Positions 45,573-55,300 of a stretch of 64,000 nt of DNA are shown here, in pieces. Position 1 is the stretch's first letter. Every line of letters starts with the position of its first letter. The DNA lies in the IMG/VR virus record IMGVR_UViG_3300030102_006903, positions 49,374 through 113,373 of that record, one strand, 5' to 3'. Position numbers and translations under genes: made by a program. The DNA comes from a virus. The notes beneath the pieces are model-generated. The model was not told where the DNA came from, searched no databases, and was given only the letters and a program-made list of their open reading frames with translations.

Positions 45573-48418
45573 TATATTTTATTTGGGTATTCTTCCAAAT
45601 TTTCATTATTTTTAAAATCTGCTGTTTCATTTCTAAGTTTACCTCTAACAGTAGTAGTCCAAATACTTTGTTCAATACTATGAGATACTTCAACAATCTG
45701 AAATACTTTATCATTATATCTTGGTAAATCTGTAATTGAAAAAGTATCTCCAATTTTAAATCCACTAACACCAGGTAATGTAAACTCAAATTCTATTGGA
45801 AGAAGAGGGATATTTGCAACACCATTTTTAGTAAATTCTTTTGCTTCATCAACATTTTTGATTGTTCTTAATATCTGAAAATCTTTCCATGAACTTACTT
45901 TTGCCACCACATCTAAAGTTGAGTTATTTCCTCTATTTAAATCAAAAAAACCTTGAATTAAATCTAAATTTGCTTTTCTATCTTGTATAGCAGGTACTAC
46001 ATTTGCATTACCTAAGATTAATTCATAGTTTGAATTTCTTACTTCTTTTATATCATCCTCTTCAACAAAAATATGTTTAATATCTTGACCAACCTCCGAA
46101 AGCCAATCACCTGCTATTTCATACCACGCTTTGTCTTTTTGTTCTAATTTTTGATTATACTCTTCATCTGAAATAATTCCTTTTTCTTTAGCAGCCTTTT
46201 TTTCATTTTCTTCTTTTCTCTCTTGTTCATCAGCTACTTTTTCATTGAATAAATAAATTTTTTCTGCTACCTCATCTCCTAGTGTAGAAAACAATTTAGA
46301 AAAATCTTTTTCTTTTTGTTCTGAATTAGGGTTTTTTACACCACCACCTTTTTTTCTTTGTCCTACAACTTGACCTTTCATCGATGCAGGAATATCAAAT
46401 TTAAGTGATGCAGCAGTAAATGGTGAATTAATTCCTCTTGATTGAAAACCACAACGACCAAATGTTGGTACATCTTTCTTTTTACCAAAAAATGTCATAT
46501 CAACAACATGAAGTTCTTCTTGACCAGGAGTTGGGTTTGCATCTCCTTTACATCCTCTAATATTTTTAGCATACCATTGATAAAATGGGTCTGAATCATT
46601 CCCATTTTTATCCTTAGCACCGTTATAGTCGATAGATTGTTTCTCAACTATCTGAAACTCCCACATCATATTTACACCTTGTGATAACCCATTTAAAAGG
46701 GTGTACATAATATCTTTAGTCAAGTAACTACTTTGTTCAATTGTTTGACAAAAGAAATCAAAGTCAATGTAAAGATTTCTTAAATATCCCCAATTATGTG
46801 GGGTTGCCTCTACTACTTCAAAACTTTCATCACCATCTGCTTGGTCCTTTACTTCGAGTTTATTATTACTTGGAAAATAAGAATATATTGGTGCTCCATG
46901 TGAATTAGGATGCATATCAGTTACTGCATTTCCATCTTCATCATTAAATTGTACTTTACCATCTTGACCTTTAATAAGTAAATTTGGAATAGGATTAGTA
47001 AATGCAACAATTTTTTCATTATCTCCTTCACCTTCTCTTACTGGGTCTGCAAAAGCACCCTCAATTCTAAATCTTGGATGATATTTATTTGGAACATATA
47101 ATGTGTTAGGGTCAGTAGAATACATATGTTTGTGTGCTCTACAAATTGTATTTTGCCAACTGATATATAAAGGAGATACTGTTGAACCATCTTGACAAAT
47201 GATTGGTATTTCCTCACTTACGCCTGGTTGCATTTCCATAATCGTGAATGCAAGTGCTACTCTAATATATCTTCTATCAGAAAATAAAGGTTGGTCTGAT
47301 GGAATCTTTCCTTTTACATTTCCACCTCTACCACCACCTGCACCACCAAATGAATCTTCACTTATTGGTTGTTTTTGTAAATCTTCACCCTCTTGAGTCA
47401 ATGCCTGTTGTGATAAATCATTAGGTGAAATTGCATTAACTAATTCTTCTCTATTAGCATTACTTGTTAATGCAAGTTGACCACCTCTAATTTCTTCTGT
47501 AAGTTCTTTTCTAATAAACCTATCCATATTAACAAAATTAGCTGGGTTCGTAGCCCATTCTTCATTAATAAGATTTTTTACTCTAGTTATTCTTTTGTGG
47601 CCTGGTAAGTCATTAAACATTTGTTTAAAGAGTGATTCACCAATTTCTTTAGAACTTGGATTTTCACTATCTACATCAAACTCTGCTGGTTCAAATCTTT
47701 TACTTGATTGAGTTATATCAGTATCATAAACTGATTGAATATTTCTATGATGTTGTAAATATGCAGGCATTTCTCCTATCGAAGTACATTCTACTTCAAT
47801 ATTATAACTTTCATTATCACCAAAAGTTGTATTACCACCAGTAATTATAGCCAACATCGCATCATAAGTACCATTTGATGCTCTTCTTTTTTGTTGTATG
47901 TATGCTATGTTTTTATATCTAACAACCTCACAAAGTTCACTTAAATCTGCTTTCTGTCCCACACTTTGTGCTTCATTAAATCCCCATTCTACTAAACAAT
48001 GTGTTGCTGGTTCTAAAAAGTATGAAATTACTGTATTGGCTTGTCCCTTTGTGTATGCAGTAATTGTAAAACTTACTTTTTTACTTAAACCTTCATTACC
48101 TTGGGATATATTTAAAGAACTAATAGTTGGTGATGGTCTAAATGCTCTTTCATTAATCTGATTAGCACCACTCTTATCTGTTCCATAAATAGAATTACCT
48201 TCTTTATCAACTCCTACTCTACCACTTTTATTAGTATCACCATATCTTTGTGCAAATGTTTCAGTATTTCTAACTGATTCAAGTGTTAAAAAATTACCTA
48301 ATGTAGAAGTAATTTTAATCCAAGGTTGTTTTTCGGACATCAATACATTATTACCAGTTCGAGAAGAAATGGTATTAAAAATCCTCTTATCAATATTTGC
48401 TAACTGTGGAAAACCCAT
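45572..48418 (-). CDS. putative baseplate hub / tail-associated protein
   Basis: Position after LysM and tape measure; LVEWG motif; C-terminal LPGVSGFKIGDTF...LP..Y...FQI..VSH.I....WTT. Confidence 0.6.
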   Translation of the reverse strand: MGFPQLANIDKRIFNTISSRTGNNVLMSEKQPWIKITSTLGNFLTLESVRNTETFAQRYGDTNKSGRVGVDKEGNSIYGTDKSGANQINERAFRPSPTISSLNISQGNEGLSKKVSFTITAYTKGQANTVISYFLEPATHCLVEWGFNEAQSVGQKADLSELCEVVRYKNIAYIQQKRRASNGTYDAMLAIITGGNTTFGDNESYNIEVECTSIGEMPAYLQHHRNIQSVYDTDITQSSKRFEPAEFDVDSENPSSKEIGESLFKQMFNDLPGHKRITRVKNLINEEWATNPANFVNMDRFIRKELTEEIRGGQLALTSNANREELVNAISPNDLSQQALTQEGEDLQKQPISEDSFGGAGGGRGGNVKGKIPSDQPLFSDRRYIRVALAFTIMEMQPGVSEEIPIICQDGSTVSPLYISWQNTICRAHKHMYSTDPNTLYVPNKYHPRFRIEGAFADPVREGEGDNEKIVAFTNPIPNLLIKGQDGKVQFNDEDGNAVTDMHPNSHGAPIYSYFPSNNKLEVKDQADGDESFEVVEATPHNWGYLRNLYIDFDFFCQTIEQSSYLTKDIMYTLLNGLSQGVNMMWEFQIVEKQSIDYNGAKDKNGNDSDPFYQWYAKNIRGCKGDANPTPGQEELHVVDMTFFGKKKDVPTFGRCGFQSRGINSPFTAASLKFDIPASMKGQVVGQRKKGGGVKNPNSEQKEKDFSKLFSTLGDEVAEKIYLFNEKVADEQERKEENEKKAAKEKGIISDEEYNQKLEQKDKAWYEIAGDWLSEVGQDIKHIFVEEDDIKEVRNSNYELILGNANVVPAIQDRKANLDLIQGFFDLNRGNNSTLDVVAKVSSWKDFQILRTIKNVDEAKEFTKNGVANIPLLPIEFEFTLPGVSGFKIGDTFSITDLPRYNDKVFQIVEVSHSIEQSIWTTTVRGKLRNETADFKNNENLEEYPNKI

Positions 48419-48420
48419 TA

Positions 48421-48711
48421 TTATTTATAAAAATCGTTTAATATTTTATTTTTATCTACTGGTATTCTTAATATTGTACCATCTGGCACTGCAAATGGTG
48501 CATCGTGAAGATTATTTGCTGTGGCGATAATCCACCAAAGTGAAGAATCACTATAAAACTGATTAGCAAGTGTATCTAACCTATCCCCACCTTGAGTTAC
48601 GATATAAATATCATTATCTCTTTTTGGTATCTTAGGATAGATTTTAGAACGATAGACTTGTCTACCATCTTTTAATGTTTTTTTCCTATTATTTTGGTAT
48701 CTACTTGACAT
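48421..48711 (-). CDS. LysM-type baseplate wedge protein (gp53 / tail X-like)
   Basis: GDRLDTLANQFY.D.SLWWIIA.AN...G..LRIP. Confidence 0.85.
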   Translation of the reverse strand: MSSRYQNNRKKTLKDGRQVYRSKIYPKIPKRDNDIYIVTQGGDRLDTLANQFYSDSSLWWIIATANNLHDAPFAVPDGTILRIPVDKNKILNDFYK

Positions 48712-48713
48712 AA

Positions 48714-50948
48714 TTAATATCCTCCTCCACTTACTCCTCCACCACTAGATGAAGCTACACCTCTATTTTTTCTTCTTGCATCTTTAATTGCTTTTTCTAA
48801 TGCAAGTTCATAAGGTGTTGGGTCTGCTGGTATTTGTCCTTCTCCATATAATAATTCAAACTTATCACCATCACTATACACTTCGTAAAATACATAAATA
48901 TTTTTACCTGTTTGAAAATGAGCTCCTTCATTTTTTACATAGATTGAACCTCTAGTACCAATACTCGTACTTTGTTTTGCAAGATAAGGTAAATCTTGTT
49001 CTTTTACTATTTCAACTTTTATTTTACCACCATACTTGACATTCATATCTTGTATTACTCGTGCTTGTTGTCTTGTGATGTTTTGGTTTGTCTCTTCTTC
49101 TTTTGCTGCTTGTATTGGTGTTTTTCCTCCTAATGCATCTGCTGCTGCTGATTGTGCCCCTGCATCTTTTGCATCTTCTGCTGCAGTATCTGTTGTAGGT
49201 ACTGTTTGGTTTGGTACATTTGGATTTACACTTGTTAATACCTCTGCTGTTGGTTGTTTACCAGTTGTCATTTGAGTAATAGTTTGTTTTTTTATTGATA
49301 TTTTAACTGGTTCTTCTTTATTAATAGTTCCATTTGAATTTACTCTTTCATTTGTACTAAAATTAACCTCTCTATTTTCATTAATCTTATCAACTGCTGC
49401 TTTACTAATATCAAAATCATAAACTCTATCTTCATCCCCATCTTGTTCGATAAACTTCATAGTTATTGCAACATCAATAAATTTCGGTAAATAACCAACA
49501 TTTCCATCAGTTTCCCAAACTCCTTCATCAGGTATGGTATATTGTAATGATTCAATAAAGGCAACTCTATTACTATACATTGAACCCAATCTAAATTCAA
49601 TAATAGGTGGATTTGATAAACCATTTTTTATTGTTGGGTAAGTGTATGTTGTTAATCTTTTTAATCTTTCCCAATTGTTAGCAAGTTCAGTTGGAGATGC
49701 AGCAGCTACTTTTAATCCAAAAGAAACACTTCTCTCTACACCCTCATAAAGATAGAATTGATAAGGATTACCTAAAAATCTCTGTCCACTCCATGAAGGA
49801 GTTGTACTTTCAGTTAGACCACTTAAGATTGCTCTAAAAGCAATTGGTTTTGTTGCACCCTTTCTTCTAAACCAAAGTGGAATTAAATCTGCTACAGCAT
49901 TTTCTTCACCATCAACTTTTATAAATGCTTGATTTTCATCTAATTTATAATTATCTGCTATACTTATTCTATTTAAACCATCAGTAGAACCTATTTGATA
50001 TAAATTTTCTAAACTACTATTTGTTTTGCCTGTTTCAACTCCTTTTGTTCTTACTCCATTTTGGTAATAAGTTGAGTAGGGTCTATCAATGTTATAGAGT
50101 GCTTTAAGTTTTTTAGCTTCTTGTAATGTTTTTGCTTCAAATGCATATTCTGTATTTCCAAATCTTGAAAAATCTCCTCTACCAACTGCGTATGCTGGTG
50201 AAACTTTTCTTAAATCGATTTGTTCAACACTTTCATTTCCAAATTTTACAGGTGATTCTTCTTCGTATTCTTCTAAAGTTTTATATCCACCTTCATTTTT
50301 ATAATCTCTTTCATCTTTCATGAAAGAAGTATATGGATTTGCATTACTATATTCAATTGTAAATCTACTATTACCAACAGTCAAATCATTTATTGTTTGA
50401 CCACCTCCAAATAATGCACCTCTTAATTTATCTTTTGCAAAACCTATTCCTTTTCCTAATGCTTGTTTACCAATTGTAGATGGATTTCCACCACCAGTTG
50501 ATTTTATTAATGCACCTAGACCAGTACCATTTTTACCCATAAAATCATTTGTTACTGGGTCTGCAGAAGTTTTACCACCTTGTTTTTTTTCTCTTAACTC
50601 TATAATTTTATCTGATACTTTTGTTGGAATTTGATTTGTAGGTATTCCTAATTTATCATTAACAAAATCTCTTGCTTTGGTTATTGCTCCACCCAATAAT
50701 CCACCACCTGCTGCACCACCACCAGCATTTTCTTTCATTCGTTCTAAATCAGGTGTACTTCTTAAGGTAATTCTAGTTGCTTCATTTCCATATATAAGTG
50801 GATTGTTTACATCTACCAATGATTTAACTCTGATACCTGTTGTCTCTTGTTCTACGAGAGTTTCTGTATCAGCTTTAACCTCAGAATAGTTCGTACCATA
50901 TTTGTACGAATTTGGGTCTCTAAATAATTCTCCTATTGTTCTTCCCAT
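48714..50948 (-). CDS. putative tail-tube initiator / baseplate protein
   Basis: FRA.LSGLTE...PSW....LG....Y.YEGVERSVSF..., P.I..RLG; follows the tape measure gene. Confidence 0.6.
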   Translation of the reverse strand: MGRTIGELFRDPNSYKYGTNYSEVKADTETLVEQETTGIRVKSLVDVNNPLIYGNEATRITLRSTPDLERMKENAGGGAAGGGLLGGAITKARDFVNDKLGIPTNQIPTKVSDKIIELREKKQGGKTSADPVTNDFMGKNGTGLGALIKSTGGGNPSTIGKQALGKGIGFAKDKLRGALFGGGQTINDLTVGNSRFTIEYSNANPYTSFMKDERDYKNEGGYKTLEEYEEESPVKFGNESVEQIDLRKVSPAYAVGRGDFSRFGNTEYAFEAKTLQEAKKLKALYNIDRPYSTYYQNGVRTKGVETGKTNSSLENLYQIGSTDGLNRISIADNYKLDENQAFIKVDGEENAVADLIPLWFRRKGATKPIAFRAILSGLTESTTPSWSGQRFLGNPYQFYLYEGVERSVSFGLKVAAASPTELANNWERLKRLTTYTYPTIKNGLSNPPIIEFRLGSMYSNRVAFIESLQYTIPDEGVWETDGNVGYLPKFIDVAITMKFIEQDGDEDRVYDFDISKAAVDKINENREVNFSTNERVNSNGTINKEEPVKISIKKQTITQMTTGKQPTAEVLTSVNPNVPNQTVPTTDTAAEDAKDAGAQSAAADALGGKTPIQAAKEEETNQNITRQQARVIQDMNVKYGGKIKVEIVKEQDLPYLAKQSTSIGTRGSIYVKNEGAHFQTGKNIYVFYEVYSDGDKFELLYGEGQIPADPTPYELALEKAIKDARRKNRGVASSSGGGVSGGGY

Positions 50949-50957
50949 TGGTTACTC

Positions 50958-53396
50958 CTATTGAATTACTGCGGCTTGTTTTAAATTATTATCTTCATTA
51001 CCAAAAACTGTTCTTCCTACAACAGTTCCATCCATTTTAATAACATGACCTCTTTTAAGTGTACTATGTATCATCTCTAATTCAGTCAACATTTTTGCAT
51101 CTAATGATTCACCACCTTCTTCTACTGCACCAGTTTCACTCGTACCACCAACACCTAAAATACTAGCAAGTTTTATAATCGTACCAGAAATAGCTGCAAT
51201 TCCTGCAAGCATTAATAAACCTGGTAAACCAGCGAATGCAAGATATGCAAGTGCTGCTCCTAAAACATAAAGTGCTCCAGCTAAACCAAACATTGAAAGT
51301 GTAAATACAGTTAACATTCCTGCCATTGCAATCATTGTGGTTAATCCTTCCATAAATCCACCTAACATATTGAAACCAATTGCTACTTCTTGAATTGCTT
51401 TACCAAGTATGAACATCGCTCCTGCAACAATTACCATTGCTGCAGCTCCTGCAAGTATTGCAAGTGCACCAACTCCACTACTCATAATCGTACCTAATAA
51501 AGCGAGTGCTCCAACTAGAGATAACATTGATACAACCGCCATTCCAACTGCACCCCAACTAACTTCCATAAATTGTTGAACTGCTTTACCAAATACAAAT
51601 AATGCACCAGCAACAATTACTAACGCTCCTGCTCCTGCAAGAAGTTTACCTGGATTTATTTTTGAAATCATACCCGTCAATCCACCTGTCCCTTGAGTAG
51701 CAGGACCAGTTGATGGTAACGATGGAGCCATTTTATTAGCTTTGAATCTCATATCAGGCATACCAGATTTTGTAAGAGGTCCTGCTGGTCCACTAACTAA
51801 ACCTAATTTTTGTCCTAATCCTTTTATTCCACCACCCATCTTTGAGAATAATCCTCCCAATAATGTGGTTCTTTTATTAGCTATTGCAAGTAATCCTAAG
51901 AATCCACCAAATGCAGTTAATATACCAGGCATTTGGTTAGCCAAAATATTATTAAGTATTTCATTTTGAGTTGAAAACTCAGCACTACCAAGTGCAGACA
52001 TATTATTTGCCTTACCTTGGTTTTTAACCATTTTTTGAAGTTGTTCTACTGATACACCTAATAAATCTGCAGTTGCCTTTCTTTGGTAGAAGTTCATTCT
52101 GTTAAATTCTGCAATACCACCTATTTGTCTTAAAGTTTCTTCTGTTGCACCTTGTATATCGTTATTAAAAGCTAACTCTCTTGCTTTGTTAAGGTTTATA
52201 TTCTTTCCTAATAGTGCACTTAATTCTAATTCTTTTGTAATAGAATTTTCAAAGTCAAGTAATCCTTCTGCAATACCTGCAATCTCACTCATAGATACAC
52301 CAAGTTTTGCTGCGAATCCTGCTGCTTCTATAATGTTTTTACCACCTTGTTTACCAAATAAGGCAAATTGTTCAGCATTTGCTGCTAAATCTCCCATGAG
52401 TTGGGAAGGTATAATACCATTTTGTTGAGCAAACTCTTGTGTAGCTTTTACTAAATTATTAGCTACATCAATTGAATCACCATTAAGATTACTTAGTTGA
52501 AATTGTAATTTTGCAGCTTCTGATTCAGATACTCCAAAGTTACTAGCAATTACATTTGTAGAAGCCTGTACTGCTAAAGATGCATTTTCTATATCACCGA
52601 ACTCTTTTCCTAATGATTGTAAAGAACTAACAGAATTATCAAAAATAAATCCTAATAAAGATGCTTGACCTGATGCTCCGGTAAGACCTGAACCAACTTG
52701 TCCTAACTCCTTATTAGCTTCTGCAAGTTTTCCAGCAAATTTACCAGCAGCAATAAATGCAAATCCTAATACACCTGTAACTGACCTGAGTTGGATTAAT
52801 ATAGTTTGTACGGTTTCAGATATTCCTTGAAAAGTTTCTTTAACTTCTTTTGTTGCATTAGTTTGTTTTTCTAATATGTTTTTTTCTGTTTCACTTAAGG
52901 CAGCAATATTTTTTGATTGTTTAAATTGTGAATCTAAATTATTAAGTAAATCTTTTGATAAAGTTACTTCTTCTCCTAAATCAGATAAAGCTTTATCATA
53001 CTGTTGTACTTTAGAAGCTATTTGTTCTGTATCTTCTGCATTTAATTCAGCTATATCTCTTGATAAACTAAGTAAGTTTTCTACTTGGTCTTTTTGGTCT
53101 TTAGTTAAATTATCTGATTGTATTAAACTTGATAGGGATTTTGTTTGTGCATTTTTAAAACCTTCAAATGAATCACTAATAGAACCAATACTTTTTTCAA
53201 TTTCTGCATATTGTTTTTGTTGTGAAATATTTGCCTCTTTTAAATCATTTGCTAATTTTCTTATAGTTGCTCTTCTTGATTCTATGGCATGAGTATAATC
53301 ACGCTCAGATTTTAAGTTCATTTTTATAAACTTATCTTCTTCTTTGCGTAATTGTTTTATTTGCTCTAAAAGTTTTTTTGTTTCTCTTGTTGCCAT
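50958..53396 (-). CDS. tape measure protein
   Basis: Long Ala/Gly-rich helical protein with hydrophobic C-terminal repeats; LLDFENSI..ELE...L.GK.INL.KAR; downstream of the chaperones. Confidence 0.8.
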   Translation of the reverse strand: MATRETKKLLEQIKQLRKEEDKFIKMNLKSERDYTHAIESRRATIRKLANDLKEANISQQKQYAEIEKSIGSISDSFEGFKNAQTKSLSSLIQSDNLTKDQKDQVENLLSLSRDIAELNAEDTEQIASKVQQYDKALSDLGEEVTLSKDLLNNLDSQFKQSKNIAALSETEKNILEKQTNATKEVKETFQGISETVQTILIQLRSVTGVLGFAFIAAGKFAGKLAEANKELGQVGSGLTGASGQASLLGFIFDNSVSSLQSLGKEFGDIENASLAVQASTNVIASNFGVSESEAAKLQFQLSNLNGDSIDVANNLVKATQEFAQQNGIIPSQLMGDLAANAEQFALFGKQGGKNIIEAAGFAAKLGVSMSEIAGIAEGLLDFENSITKELELSALLGKNINLNKARELAFNNDIQGATEETLRQIGGIAEFNRMNFYQRKATADLLGVSVEQLQKMVKNQGKANNMSALGSAEFSTQNEILNNILANQMPGILTAFGGFLGLLAIANKRTTLLGGLFSKMGGGIKGLGQKLGLVSGPAGPLTKSGMPDMRFKANKMAPSLPSTGPATQGTGGLTGMISKINPGKLLAGAGALVIVAGALFVFGKAVQQFMEVSWGAVGMAVVSMLSLVGALALLGTIMSSGVGALAILAGAAAMVIVAGAMFILGKAIQEVAIGFNMLGGFMEGLTTMIAMAGMLTVFTLSMFGLAGALYVLGAALAYLAFAGLPGLLMLAGIAAISGTIIKLASILGVGGTSETGAVEEGGESLDAKMLTELEMIHSTLKRGHVIKMDGTVVGRTVFGNEDNNLKQAAVIQ

Positions 53397-53410
53397 TTAA
53401 AGATTAGTTC

Positions 53411-53611
53411 CTATTTATATTTTTTTAAAAGTTTATCTAATTCTTCTTTTTCCTTTTTTATTCGTTCTAAAGAGTTAAGAACTTTAGGTGGAAAACCTCT
53501 TTGTTTTGCTTTCTTCAATAATCTATCTGAAGTACCTTTTTGAATGTTATCAAAAAAATCTCCGATAAATCGTGATACCACATTTAATTCGTTTATTTCT
53601 TTTTTTGACAT
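53411..53611 (-). CDS. hypothetical protein
   Basis: 66 aa with TAGGAG RBS and a late-type motif. Confidence 0.7.
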   Translation of the reverse strand: MSKKEINELNVVSRFIGDFFDNIQKGTSDRLLKKAKQRGFPPKVLNSLERIKKEKEELDKLLKKYK

Positions 53612-53651
53612 GATTTCTCCTATATAGTTTTATACTACTATAAATATAGGG

Positions 53652-53682
53652 TAAAAAAAAAGTGAGGATTATTTCCTCACTC
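53652..53682 (-). terminator. intrinsic terminator
   Basis: AGTGAGGA-AATAA-TCCTCACT followed by a T run on the minus strand. Confidence 0.7.
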
Positions 53683-53897
53683 TTACATTTGGTCCTCTCG
53701 AACCACCTTTTTTATTTATCTTATCGTACTCTTCTTTTTCCTTCTTTTTCGCCTCTACTAACTTTTTGAAATAGAACCTTCTCCAATGAACTGGCATGAA
53801 GTAAACCTCACTCCAAGTAAATCCATTACCGAAGTTAACCATTTCCCAAATTTGGTTATGAAGTTGGATTGAGTAATCACTCGGAAGGGTAAAAAAA
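53669..53897 (-). CDS. second frame of the tail assembly chaperone, probably reached by a +1 frameshift
   Basis: FFTLPSDYSIQLHNQIWEM...GFTWSEVYFMP..WRRFY; overlaps the upstream ORF at GGG TTT TTT T. Confidence 0.65.
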
Positions 53898-54644
53898 CCC
53901 GGCACCTAAAGGTATGTCAAGCGCCTCCGTGTCACCTGTGATATCAGATGTGAAATTAAATTTCAAATCCAAATCTGGAGATATCTGAGCAACATAGTTT
54001 CTAAATGCTCTTGTATCTCTTGCTAAAAGGTTATTCTTTACATAATTATTAATGAAACCTCTATCAGTATTTCCATCAACATCTTGTATCATATATCTCA
54101 AACGAGTACTTACCTCAGCACCTGCACCATCTTTATCCTTAGATAATCTTTGCATTGCTTGGATTTCTGCCTGAATATCCTTCTCATCTTTATGAGTTAA
54201 TAACTTGAATTTAATTTTCTTTTTTGCAGTGGGTAAGTCAAATTCATATTTGTTTTCTGAATTTAAAAGAGATTCGTTTACCTCCTTTATTTGTATTTTA
54301 GATAAATCTATTGCAACTTTTTGTGCTTCACCAGTAAATGGGTCATTTACCTCAACATCATATTGTGCTCCATATCCTAATATTCTTGTTGCTAACAATA
54401 TTGCATTTTTATCACCAATAAGAATATCACCAGTTTGTACACCTTCTTGTACTACAACTGATTCAAACAATTTATCTAATACCACCCCCTTTCTTATCAA
54501 ATTTTGTGAAGCCAGTATATCTTCTTCTTTTGCTGTCATATACTTGATTTCAATCGTACCCTTTGATAATGGGTGTCCTTGTGGGTAAACCTTACCTTTT
54601 GAAGGTAGGTCTATAATTTCGGTTGGAAATTCGTAATTTGCCAT
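53877..54644 (-). CDS. tail/baseplate assembly chaperone (T4 gp26-like)
   Basis: LPSKG..Y, MTAKEEDIL, GD..AIL...RI..YG; lies between the tube and tape measure genes. Confidence 0.8.
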   Translation of the reverse strand: MANYEFPTEIIDLPSKGKVYPQGHPLSKGTIEIKYMTAKEEDILASQNLIRKGVVLDKLFESVVVQEGVQTGDILIGDKNAILLATRILGYGAQYDVEVNDPFTGEAQKVAIDLSKIQIKEVNESLLNSENKYEFDLPTAKKKIKFKLLTHKDEKDIQAEIQAMQRLSKDKDGAGAEVSTRLRYMIQDVDGNTDRGFINNYVKNNLLARDTRAFRNYVAQISPDLDLKFNFTSDITGDTEALDIPLGAGFFYPSE

Positions 54645-54707
54645 ATAACTAAATTTTAATACTTTTATATAAATATATACTTTTTAAAAAGTTGGAATAA
54701 AGACATA

Positions 54708-54736
54708 AAAAAAGTTCTCACAAAGAGAACTTTTTT
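54708..54736. terminator. intrinsic (bidirectional-looking) terminator after the tail tube gene
   Basis: AAAAAAGTTCTC-ACAAA-GAGAACTTTTTT. Confidence 0.8.
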
Positions 54737-54756
54737 CTTCAGAAATATTATTAGTA

Positions 54757-55248
54757 TTAGTATTCTAAAACTGCGTAATCATAAGATAGTGTTAAAGTAA
54801 TATCAACTGGGTCTGTTGCGTTTGCCCAATCTAAATCATTAAACACTGCGTTGTTGATAAATGCACCTTTTAGAGTCCATTGTTCAATTTTATCACCAAC
54901 AGGTCCTAATAGGTAACATTGGATATCTTTCTTATAGAAATCTGCATATCCATCTCTACCTGTTAGAGATTCGTGTGATGTTCTTACCCAATCCATTACT
55001 GCTTGTGCTCCACTTGGAACAATCGGGTCATATAGAGTTATCTCTACATCTTGCCATTCACCTTTACCTTTAAGTTTTCTCTTAATGTTGATGTGGTCAA
55101 GAACAACAGTTTCAAACTGAATTGAAGGTCTGTTAGCTGTTTTTATAAGATATGAAGGGATACCATCGATTTCCATGATGAATCTATTCTTCATCTTCGG
55201 TTCGAAGTTGGTATAAAACATATCGTTAAATTCTAATACTTCTGCCAT
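54757..55248 (-). CDS. tail tube protein (T4 gp19-like)
   Basis: FEPK..NRF, W..V.ITLYDPI, W.L.GAF, L.YDYA; follows the sheath gene. Confidence 0.9.
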   Translation of the reverse strand: MAEVLEFNDMFYTNFEPKMKNRFIMEIDGIPSYLIKTANRPSIQFETVVLDHINIKRKLKGKGEWQDVEITLYDPIVPSGAQAVMDWVRTSHESLTGRDGYADFYKKDIQCYLLGPVGDKIEQWTLKGAFINNAVFNDLDWANATDPVDITLTLSYDYAVLEY

Positions 55249-55300
55249 TTTTTTCTCCTATTATACTAATAAATATAGTCCTTTTTTATTTTTATTCAAT

